Assembly: GCF_037042905.1 (NCBI RefSeq)
Contig: NC_087246.1
Span: forward strand, 6,946,001-7,010,000
Source: Lytechinus pictus
Taxonomy: Eukaryota
Length of the DNA stretch: 64,000 nucleotides
Reading direction: 5' to 3'
How positions within the stretch are numbered: the stretch's first letter is position 1; each line of letters begins with the position of its first letter. The notes under the pieces are model-generated. The model was given only the letters and a program-made list of their open reading frames with translations. It had not been told where the DNA came from and searched no databases. Positions 39,710-51,600 of this stretch are shown piece after piece. A program made the translations under genes and the position numbers.

Positions 39710-40504
39710 TAGTTTGAATTTTAATCTTTTTTATTCTATCAATATAACAATTTAAAATAACAATTTTAAATAACCATTTTATGTACAGATAGACACAAAT
39801 CCTTAAATCAGCTTTGTCATTCAAAACCACAATGTACTTACTTTACATGTGGGCCTACTCCTGTGTATAAAAAGCATTTTGAATACGATTATTATGGTAT
39901 GCTTGCTACCAGGTTTTAAAACTCAAGGACTAGGCATTTTCCTCTTCAATATTTCTCTCCTTCATCAACCTTCAACATCTTGTTTCACCTGTCTTACCCC
40001 CTTGTCTTGAGCAAATACAACAATTGTTCCAAAATGGCATGATTCACGTCTTGGAAATTCATTTTCCAATTTTATCATGGGTAGACTAGGCCAAGACATG
40101 CAGGGATGCACAGCGTGAAATTAGCAAGCTTCCAAGTTAGAAAATGACAAAATGGATGGAACCTCATGCTGTGTAGACAGACATTGGTAATTTGTAGAAC
40201 TCTGTAGGAGGGAACCCTTTACAGGAACAACCAATGCTGCTACACTTGTTTTATTGGGGTGGGAGGGGTGTGATACTTGGTTTTGTCTACTTGGTTTATA
40301 ATGGAGTATCAATATGATTTATTATGTTTGAATGAGATGTAATTGTGTTGCATAATCTGTCAATACAACTTTGTTTTTAAAGTGACTTTGAAAGAAGAGG
40401 AACGAGGGAAACAAAATAAAAAGAGTACTTGATCTTAGTGCAAAACTTTAAGCCCACTTCGAGAATCATCTCTTAAAGGTCTGAACCTGATTCCATGATT
40501 CTTA

Positions 40505-40656
40505 ATACCTTGGTCACTTTTGCTCTACGACGAGTCAAAAACAGCCGTTTTATTAATTTTAATTCAAACCACCTATATGCAGCTGGTACAAAAATGTTAA
40601 AATGGCTGTTTTCAACTCGCCGTACGGCCGCCGTAGAGCAAATGTGACCAAGGTAT
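40505..40656. mobile_element. ~150 bp hairpin MITE
   Basis: ataccttggtcacttttgctctacg ... cgtagagcaaatgtgaccaaggtat, with inner arms cgagtcaaaaacagccgtttta / taaaatggctgttttcaactcg. Confidence 0.8.
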
Positions 40657-43600
40657 ATGTGGTCTTTGAATATAGTTGAAAATGGGTCAAGAATTATTAC
40701 AATATGCAGCCTATAAACTGTGTGTCGTTAACTTGACAAACATAAATACATAAACCCAATATCAAGCCTGACTTAAATTTACAATAAATCTGAATGGCTG
40801 AGGTTGGTTACTGAAATAAGAATATTATCTATTCAGAATGACCCTAGTTCTGATGGTACCATAGGTTACTTGATTATTCATCAAGATAATCCACACAAGT
40901 GAGAATTCTGCATGAAATATTCTCACCCTCCCCGGACGGTGCTTGGCCACTCTTAATGCAGCCCCTAAATGGGTTGTTTAAATCACAGGCACTGAATAAT
41001 TCAGCTCACGGAATTAAAGAATGCGCCCCGGTTGGCGAATTAAACCAGCTCTGGGACTTGACACTCTGCGCTCCAACGCCGCATCATTTATTCACACAGT
41101 CAAACATTAGAGCGTCAGATGTTATTTCCTTGGAGGAATCACGCTCCATAGTAAATGAGTTATGGCCAATCAGTCGCACATTTATCTTGGCGAATCTGAT
41201 CCCCATGTCTTTTATCATACCCTATTCAATTCGGCTCCCACGAGGGGGCTATAATCCGAGGTGAATCCATTGGATGAAGAGTTCTGGATTCGGCTGGATG
41301 TCATCTGGGTCGACACTTCATATATCACAGTGAGCATAGGTTGAGTTATGAGACTCTGTCATCTTACTAGAGAAAGAAGAGCATCTTAGGACTTGGTTAC
41401 CATGACGATACAAGCATTAAAGGACCAAGTAGTATTCATGTATTCAGATGATAAGAATTAAATGTCAAAAGCTGTACTTATCTATGGCTTTGAAAAAATG
41501 GGGCTTGTGATATCAAGATGCAAATGTTCATTCTGAGGTTCAGGTTTGTAGAGAATTAAAAAATGTGGAAAAGGTAAGAAAGAGCAATCCTTACAAAATT
41601 CATACCACCTCGCAAATGTTCACTGAAGCAAAAGTAGTTCCTCTTGACTAAGGAAAATCAAATATCAATTTGGGAAGGGGACCTAATCCTTATTTACTCT
41701 TAGAATAGGTTTGATATCTTTTTAATGTTGATAAGAATGGCATTGATTTATATGATTTCCCTCTTATGCAAAAAATAATTAACAAATTTCATTTCAATTT
41801 GAAATTATAGGCATAATCGTCATTGCAAATGAAAAAAGTTACGTCCAGTGGGGCACACTTGATTACCTTCTTATGTTCTATACTTGATGAAATTGAATGA
41901 AAATTTATTATGCTAAAAGAGCTCGGATGCAATCTCTGTAGCTACACAAAACATGTTCAGTGTTCAGTCTAATACCAGTCTTGATAGTAGGACCTGCATA
42001 AATATACTAGTATTGCCAGGTGATTTTTGTACAAACATATTATTACAATTGAGTTTTTATTCTAGATCATGTTTTGATGTCAACATATTATCGCCATTTT
42101 CTTGATGGAAAACAGTAAATGTTTATGTGTAGCTTAATGACTTTAAGATTGCTTGAACACAATATTCTAGCTAAATGATACAGTGTAGTCAGGACATAAA
42201 GGCTGGGGACTCTGCAAACCACAATCATATGGTTGAAATTCATGTTTCAACCAGATGCTAGATATAATTGATGTTCGGTATAGGCAGATATGAATCTGTT
42301 CATTCTCAAATTCTACTTTCCATTCTCTCCCAGCAAGAGCCTCTGAATACAAACTACAATTGCTAGTTTAAGAGAGGAAAATTTGTTCTTAACCATTCTC
42401 AAGGAAATCAAATCCAATACAGTTGTTTGCTCTTATTAACTTTGTCTTGATGACTTGTAGAAATTTTGAAAATATCATTTATTTTTTAAGAATCACAGAA
42501 TAATCAGCATAATGAAATTTATGCTAATGGAGTAACACATCTACTAGTGGTTGACAAAAGAGAAGGTTACCTTTTGTGTATTCAAAGCTATCTTCTCTAT
42601 TATATCAAGGATGCTAAGGTTTAAGAGAGGAAAATTAGTTCTCTTTTCTCTCCTCATGAACCCATTTGAATTTGCTTTCATGAGGATGAAGGAAATATAT
42701 ATTTTAAGTACAGGTACTACAACTAATATACTCGCAGTAGCAATACTTGGAAACTCTTGAAATATTTATATTTTCAATTATTTAAAAGATTGATGAGATA
42801 GAGTCCAGGCATGATGACTATACCTCTCTCACTAAGGTCATTAACTATCTGATTGCAATAACATTTCATTCCGATGTCCCTTATTGATCATTTGATTTAA
42901 TAGCTGTGTATCTAATCCAATTATCACTCATCCCAGAAATATTAAGATGTAATATATTCCCCATACCATCCCTCCATGGTTGAAGCAATATCGCCTCGCC
43001 TCATCCGAGCTAAATTTGTCAGTTTACAAAATAATCGTGGGGATCATCAACCACAAAGACGTGCAGAAAAGCCGGAGAAAATCTAATTGATTTGTGGCGA
43101 TGAGCGGTGCTATAGATTTGACCTAAATTCTCAATGTGCGCTCCCTCTCACTCCTGCAGAGAAGACATAGATGCAAAGATTTGATTTATTGATTTAATTA
43201 TGCAGACATTTTTTGCATGATTTTTTCTCCTCCTGCAGTCGCTTGCTAATGGGTGATGTGATCTCATACTAACATTGTTTTGATCCATGCTTGAGGATGC
43301 TGATGTGGTATGGATTCTTCTAATGAGCTCTGGCACCATTCTTCAAGCTCTTTTGTCTTTGTTGTGATGCTTTTCTTGTGAGCAGTGGGGAGAGATTAAA
43401 AATAGATAGGGTTTCCAGAAAGAATAGCTTTAACCTCTGTCTAAAATCATTTAGAGATCAAGTAGCCCCACATCAGGCTGCAACCTCCGCAAGAGATAAT
43501 CATTTATCATTTCGGTGTAGAGGGTTCCCCTTTTGAATCTCTTGTGGATTACTCTTCTGCTCATTTGTTAGTGAAAAAAAAATAGAAGAGGACATGAATT

Positions 43601-46052
43601 CAAAATCACATAAGGAGTTTGATACATACAGAGATGTTATTATATTTCCATTATATTTCCAATCATGATGAATATGTTGTGCTATTATTTAAAATGAAAT
43701 TAAACACATTTGGCATTGATAGTGATGATACCTGAAGTTTTAATGGTTTCAGTCAATTAATTATTAAAAACCTAGTTCATTTCAATGGCAGTGATTATAC
43801 ACCAAAAGTGCTGCCTTTGTCACACTCGAGTGTGAAGGTTAGCCATTTATTCACATTTGTGTTTGATCACATGAACTAGTTGTTGTCTGCGTAGTAATGA
43901 AAACATGGATCATATACAAGGTCATTTATTATTGAATGATCATGATGAAATAAGAGTATGGTACTTTTCATTCAGATTAAAGCTGTCATCTCTGGAGCTG
44001 CCTTTGTGTTTGTCTCAGTACTCTTGCAATCTATCTTATAACTCTACTTATCTATTTTTCTATCTTGTTTTCCCTCTCTTTCGCCTGCATCGCCATCTCA
44101 CAGTTTTCAGTATTCTCAAAATAATACCTTGTATATCTCAGCCCCCTGTGTATATCTAACTTTATTTTTGTCCTTTGCATATTTAACTCATTGTTAGCTC
44201 ATCTACTTTGAATTAATTTTCTGTATTCCATTCACTTCACACTGATCTGTTTCTTGCTCTCTATCCTCATGATCTGCCTTGATCCTCAATGTTGTCAATT
44301 TTGAACTAAAGATCACCCTTGTTCCTTTTAACCTCATTACAGCTTGTACTACAGACAGACCTTGTATTTATTATTAGCTGGTCCAATGAGATTCATTCTA
44401 AACACATCTTGTAGTCTTCCCCACTGATTCTACCAAGAAGAGGACAAACGAGGGAGCCCCGCCTTGCATGCATCAGGCCAATTTAGGGCACTGATTAGTC
44501 TTGAAAACTTAGCCGAGACTTCATTAGTCGTCAATTGTTTTCAATTTTGGGGTGCCGAACCCTGTCAAGGTTGCTTTACTCCTTGCAAAAAGGATGAAGG
44601 CTGCAAGTGGGCGTGATGGATCCTCATCTTTGAGGTTAGATGGCTCCTGAATGTTCTTGATTGGTTTTTAGTGGGAAATTTTGCACCATATAAAATGTGA
44701 GGATATTCATGGAGTTTGTTGCATTTTTTTAATTGGAGGGGGAACATCCGAAAGGTTATATAAAGCTTTTGACTTCAGTATTTAGAAAGATAGACCTGCT
44801 TGATGGAGTGTCCAGTTGTGTTTCTGTTTCTTAAAATTATTGATGAAATTAATGTGACACTCATGGCTGAAATCCTGGTGTTCGATATGCATTTACTAAA
44901 TTCCTTGTTGTTTCAGTATTATGAATGTATTTATTCATTCATTGGTATAACACTGATAGATGGAAGGCATCCAATGGAATGATAGGAAATAGATATATGA
45001 TCAAAGTACCTTGATCATCTTAACCAAGGTTTTTTTTTGTCAAGAGCATCGATAGTAATTGAGGATAAGTGTCTCCTCTCCACACCTTTGACAGTTTCAA
45101 AAAGTCTTGAAGATCACATTGATTACTGTGCATCTATTGAAGGACTAGATGACCTTCCTTCCTAAATTGCAATCTGTTAGGAGCATTTTAGATAGTGGTT
45201 GCACAAGTTGCCTTGCCTCTTCTAAACAGATCATGAGAATTGGTTCAAATGATTGGCTAGGGAGGAGAGTTATTGATGGATGTAATACAACACAGCCTCA
45301 ATTTGCGGGGAATCACGTCCAGATTTAGTTTCAATTTAGAGATTGATAGCTCTCGAAAAGGGAAAGGAATAGCATAACATGTTTAGAAACAAAGCTGGCG
45401 TAATGTAAGCCCTCTGTTCTCGGTCTCTGCACGCAAACCTGGCAAGCATACGCTTGCTCTCTGGATGTGGCAATAGGGATGTAAGAGGAGTTTTTGGCGA
45501 GAAGAAAAAAAAATGGCGAGAATAAGTTGAGCTCAGAGGATGCCAATCTGAATTGGTAGGTTAATTATTTCCCCCTGAGTGTGCGAATTCAATTTGGTGT
45601 CAATCTGGGATCGGGGCTAAGTTAGATTACGGCTTGATCAGATTAGTGGCGTGCTGGGGAGCTTGCTTGTTTGTTACCTGCCCTAGTCTATTTGTGATCC
45701 CATGACATGATGTAAATAATGAATCTCTGCCTTGTCTCTATCTTTAGTTTTTGGTGGTGTAAATGTGAGATGGTGTGTAACTGATGTCATTATAATGAGA
45801 CTGAGATGCATGACTTGATTTGCTTTGGGGAATAGTGAGAGAAAATGTGTGATACTCTTGGTACAAGGTGAGGTGTTTTTTTTAATGCTCATTCAAGAAG
45901 ATAAGGATATATCAAGAAATGCATAGTCATAACCACTGTCAGACAAATGCATATTTAGCTATTCTTCAGTTTTCTATGATAGATTAATAAAAGGTATCAT
46001 TTGATGTGTTGTAATGTGACTATAATAATTTGATGTTTTATTTTCTTCTCAG

Positions 46053-46569
46053 GAGACCCAGTGCCAAACCTTAACTCCACCACACCCCAGATCAACGGGG
46101 ATGCGAGCCCCTCTCCACCAGAGCCAGCAGTACCCCAACCCACAGCTCGCCAATATCCTCCCGTCAACGCTGCTCAGCCGGACACGATCATCAACAACAA
46201 CTCGGTCATTATAGCCAATGCTGCTGGAGCGGCGCTGCCTCATCATCCTTATTCTACAACTACCACAACTACCACAACCACTACCACTTCTGCCTCCAAC
46301 AACACACTCAATATCAGCAGCAATGTCATCCAGAGTAACCCTGCCCACCATGCCCGTCTGGGTTCCCAGGGTCTAGGGGGTCAACCCCGCCCTGTCCAGG
46401 AGCTTCCTCCTCCACCCCAGGAGCTGATCCATCAGGATCCTGCTCTAATAGAGAAGGAGAGGAAGAACGAGAGGGAGAGAGAAAGGGAACGACTGATACA
46501 GAGAGATCATTCGTTGGACAGAGGAGATAATCGAGGAAGCAGCTTTAGTAAAGGTCCTGGTTGGAATAG
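46053..46569 (+). CDS. AUTS2: AUTS2-family gene, internal coding exon (Pro/Thr/Asn-rich, poly-Thr, RE repeat)
   Basis: Acceptor ttttcttctcAG at 46051-52; donor AG|GTATGG at 46570; open frame (ORF 46061-46600); phase 1 to 2, compatible with both neighbouring exons. Confidence 0.82.
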
Positions 46570-48169
46570 GTATGGCTATATTTTCTTTTTTCCATCTTAA
46601 AATATTTGCATTCAGTGCAACTAATAATGCTTTCCTCACTGTTCTTGATAATTTTTTTTTCCTTTCTTCCTAGTAAAAGCCTAACTAGTGTCATGTTTTT
46701 CAAAGACTAATGCATAGGGAAGAAAATGACATTCAGATGTTTTATTTATATCGTAAGATTAACATGTATGTGAAAAGAGTGCTTTCATCTATTAGCAATT
46801 TGGGAAGAAAGTCTTGAAGGAATAAAAAGAACACCAACACAGTCAAAGATAATGTAATTTCATGTTAGGGATTCTGTTAGCAGTAAATAATTACACTAGT
46901 GTTTACAAAGGCATTTTGATGAAGGAGGGGGAGGGGCTATTTCTGTCGACTTGGATTTCCTAGAAAGAAACTGGCATAAATTGACCCCATGATGGCAGCA
47001 TTAAAGGTTTGTTGACAGCCTATTTTATAAAGCAGAGGGAGTCATCCCCTTGCAGGTAACTTCCCTTCTAGTGGTTCCTGCACCCAGATCAATTCCTGCA
47101 GATGAGTCATCAATGAATGTCAACAGTGCATTGAAAGACGGCTTCATAATGTGTGATTCTCCATAGAAATGTTGCTGAGATATCTATCTTTTTGTGTTGG
47201 AGTGCCTTTCCGTTGCCTGGCAGGGGATTGCTCACTCTTCATGGTTTGGAATTGTTTATACTCTCTATCAGCAAAAGAAAGGTTTCCAGTGCTTCATGAG
47301 ATACTGGTATAGACATAAGATAACAGGAATGTACAGTAGGTTGCAGGGAAACAGGAGGATATAGTAGAAAGCTAGTAATATAAGGATTGCTTTTTCCATT
47401 TAATGTAATAAATGATTACTCATTTTTCCCTTAAGAACATAGAATAAAGGATAATAAAGAGAAAAATTTCTGAAAGTAATATTATGGCGCGTGAATGTGG
47501 GTCTATAAGCACAAGAATGGCCTTTATGTTTCACTTAAGTTCTCCAAAATTACTCAGGGAAATATGTTGATTTAAAAAAAAAAGCACTTTATTTAAATAG
47601 TAAAGGAAAGAGCTCATTTTACCTTACAAGCATTTTCTTAGTGACAATGTTTGTGACATCTTGACATACTTGAAGTGTACCTTGTATTGAATAAATATCA
47701 AGATACTTTTATTTTGTTAGTTTTGATGTGAGCCCCACCTATCTGTGAACAGGAGATGAGTCAGTACCTTGGACCATTCATTGATCTGTTAACCAACGTG
47801 ACTCAAGCCAACAGGTGGTTAGAGAGGGAGGGTGCTATTAAATACCAATCTCTTCTACTCCCTGACTGTGGTTAATTAGTTAATTGATTGGATTAATTCT
47901 TCTGTATCAAGTGAAAGATAGAGAGAGTAGTCATTAAATGATGAGGGAGTAGACGCCGGCAATTAAGGATAAGAATAAAATCTGAAGGCAAGAGAAAGGG
48001 GAATGCCCCATCGATGGTGTTCAGGTCATATCATTGATTCATTTCATTGTATTGTCATTGTGCTTCTTTGAGGAATTCATTCCTGGAAATTCCAGACCCC
48101 CTTATGGGCAACTTTGCTAAAGTGGGATAAAAATTATGGACACCAAGAGTGACAATTAGGGCTAACTAT

Positions 48170-48222
48170 TATTATTATTTATTATTATTGTTGTTGTTGT
48201 TGTTGTCGTCGTCATTGTCATC
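48170..48222. repeat. (TTA)n/(TTG)n/(TCG)n microsatellite
   Basis: Seen directly. Confidence 0.85.
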
Positions 48223-48434
48223 AGAAGCTGTAGTTTTGATAACTTTGTTGGTATCAGTATTATGACTGATCCTTTAGCACTGGCACCAGTTATTATCAAT
48301 ATCATTATCACAATATGTGACTAGATTTCAATGATGATATCACACAAGGAAAATATATAAATTAAGATAAAGGGAATCAAAAGGCAAAAGAGAATGTAGT
48401 TCAAATATATCCACAAGATATAAAAATATGTTTC

Positions 48435-48682
48435 ACTGGTGTGATGGCTCAGTTGGTAGAGTGTCCGTCTTACAACCGGGAGGTCGGGAGTTCAAATCCT
48501 GGCCGCGTCAGACCAAAAGACGTTAAAAGATGGAAGTTGCTGCTACCCTGTTTGACGTTCAACGATTAAAGGGATAGAGCCTCGTCGATCTGGCGCTGCA
48601 CAGCGACTGCCAGGCCCAAGATCAAATGGGCAAAGCATATTTTTGGAGTATTTCATTTCATGTTGATTTCGAACAATAAAAT
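48435..48682 (+). mobile_element. tRNA-derived SINE, second family
   Basis: tRNA-like head tggctcagttggtagag..gggagttcaaatcc followed by non-tRNA body gtcagaccaaaagacgttaaaagatgg..; ends aataaaa. Confidence 0.8.
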
Positions 48683-51600
48683 ATGTATATTTTTTAGGAG
48701 GTATAGGTAACTAAAGAAAATTGAAGAAAAATAAATAAAAAATAATCTAGAACTGATAGTATTGGGGTCATAAAGACAGCAAATAAATATTACAAGAATA
48801 TGATTATATTTATTTAGGGTTGGGTTTTTAAAAACATATGTTATCTTTAAAAAACTCACAATGAATGGTATATTACATAATAGGGCAAAATGAAAGCCAA
48901 ATACAATTGGAATTATTCATTACAAAGCATTTGATAAAAATAGCGATTTAAGTCAATTAATTATTGTGTTTTTTTTAACAGGTACGGAATAGATATTGAT
49001 GAAAGGGGTAAATGGGCATTTAAGTGAACTAATCTGTGACTCCTTGCTATTCCTATACAGTTAATTGTGTGGTTTTTATGTTGTTTATTACCTAGGTGTA
49101 ATGAGTATTTCCCTTAACGTAGACTCTCATCTCACCGCATCCATCCATCATGATCTGTTGATGACCTTGATTGTAACGTGTAGAATTACGATCCCTCTTA
49201 ACCATAATCCCCGGGATTACTCTCCAGATACTGCCTCATAGTCTTGTGCTTCTCGTCTATGAAATGACACCCTCCCTCCCCCCACTACTCTGTCATGTTG
49301 CATTAGATGTGCGTGTCACCATTTTAATGGGTTGATCTTCTTCTTTCAATCCTGTCACCTCTCGACCCCTTCAGCTTCCCCATGCGTCTTCTCCTTTGTT
49401 TTCCTTCTTCTTCTTCAACAATATTCTCTTTTTTCTTTCTCTGATTTCTTCCTTCCTTTACAACACACACTCTCAAAAGTAATTGCCGTTTCTCCTTACC
49501 TATCAAATATTGAGATTCAAAATCAGTGCTATCTTTCGGTCATTCTTGTTTATTATGTAACTAACAGGATACATATTTACGTCCCTCACTTCGCTGGTGC
49601 ATTGGGGTTTCCTCTGGGAATAAACCCCTCCTTTCCTTAATGATCATTCATTTGTCTTTTTACTCCCTTCACCAATTTCTTTCTGATCTTTGTTTTTAAT
49701 CTTGTAATACTAATCCCTGATCTATACTATTTACTGTAGATGTTACAAAAGGTTTACCTTACTGCAATCAGTCAAGGAAATTTGTCACGCTCTTGTCCGC
49801 CCACTTCAAGAAGACGCATCTCATGGGATTATCTATGGAGTTTTAAAGGATGTTAATAAACACTCTTGTCATGAAACCATTGAGGGTAAACTTCTCACCC
49901 CTCCCTCCTCCTCAAGAAACCATCCAAGTCAAGTTCTAGAATATCACTGTCGGAATTGACATCATTGACCAAAATATAACCTACTTAAGAAGCTGTAATC
50001 TAATTTGGAAGGGGATATGTCTGGGAATTCAGAAGTGGAAGTTCTAGAAATCAAACCATAACAAGGTAGTTTCTACGAGAATTAGCAAATCCTTTTTTGT
50101 GTTTTTTGTTACATTGTTGTAATGCCTTACCCAATGCTTGTTAGTGTAATAATGCTAAAAGGCAAGCGATAAGTTTAGTTTGATGATGATTTAATGGATG
50201 TGAAAGAGAGATGGTGGGAGATAACAAAGGATGAAGTAGATGCGTAATTTTTATGATGTTTGTTTGAGATCTGTTGCTGTTTTCAATTTGGCAGATTAGG
50301 AGGTGGAGTAGCATGCAGGATAGAGAAGGGGAAACGTCCCAAATCATCCATTCAATGTTCAAAGTTCAACAGGATGTAGGAGGGAGAAGTCAGCCTGATA
50401 AGACGTCCAAACATATTACTCCTGATGATCTTCATCTCTGTTTGTTTATCACGCTATGACTGCCAGTATTCGTTTCGAATTCCTCGTTGTAATTGGGATG
50501 AAATAGGGAGGGCAGATACGACAAATTCCACACTCGTCTTAAAAACTTCTTGTTGTGATGCTTCCTTTTATTGTGTTTATGAATGTCTTCAGCGACCAGT
50601 GGGACAGTTCTTCAGGCACAGATTCTTGCAAAAGTAATTGGCTGATTTGAAGAGGAAATTATGGACAAATTTACCCCTATGCCACACCCCCTTGTAGGTC
50701 TGGCTATGATGTAGGGGTATTTCTCTTGGGTAGGAGTAGTGACTCCCTGATGAGTAGAGGTTGTGAAGGACAGGGGTTCCTCAGAGACACATGTTTGTGC
50801 TGCCCTATAATTCACAGGAAATGTGAGTAAATTAGGTCATTCCTCGCTACAAAGGATTGTCAATTCATAAGCCAGGCTCTGGTGCTTAACGACCCGTTAC
50901 CTCGGTCTTTCCCCGATATCATCATCGTCGGGGCTCCGATTACCTTCTCCGGTATGACATTAACTGTGCAGGAAATGTGACAAACTGAGTTTGTTCCAGT
51001 TTATGAGAAAGCGCCTGGGTAATAATTGAATTTTGTCGGTTGTTGTCGTTATTATGCGACCTGATAGAGATTGAGTGATGCTCCTGTTTTGGAAGGCTGC
51101 CTAGAGAAGGGTGTTGCTGCCCCCTTGATTTTTTTTGTGCTGAGCTCACTGCCTGACTTGGTGCTCAAGGCGGCGTGTGTTGCCGTTTGCGTCGACTGAC
51201 AAAGGCGGTGATGAGTGGAGACCCCACGAGACAGCTGAGAGCGTTATTCATCCATTAATGCCCATCATCATAATGACTCTATGGATGGGCTTTGAATATC
51301 AGTGATACGTGTGCTCTCGTAGCAAAGGGGCAAGTGACTTGCTCACGGCAACGGCTCGTATCCAACCATGCATAGCTGTGACTACACAGCATTCCATCGC
51401 CTGAGGTAGAGTATGATCAACATGAGGAGGTGAATAGTGAGAGGCTTTCTTCAGGATCAGCTTGGGGCAAGATTAAGTTGCCTTGGGATCAAGGAGATGC
51501 TTCCCTGCTTCCCCCACCTAATCCCACCAGCTGAACCCACCAATTCCTTGGCTTACAGCAGAGAGAGGGACCCTAAGTCCACAGATTTGCAGCTGATCTA

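Noticed and set aside
46049..46351. 100 aa minus-strand ORF
   Set aside because: Antisense shadow of the real + strand exon.
48435..48510. tRNA gene
   Set aside because: It runs directly into a SINE body and A-rich tail and lacks a clean acceptor stem and Pol III terminator; it is a SINE head.
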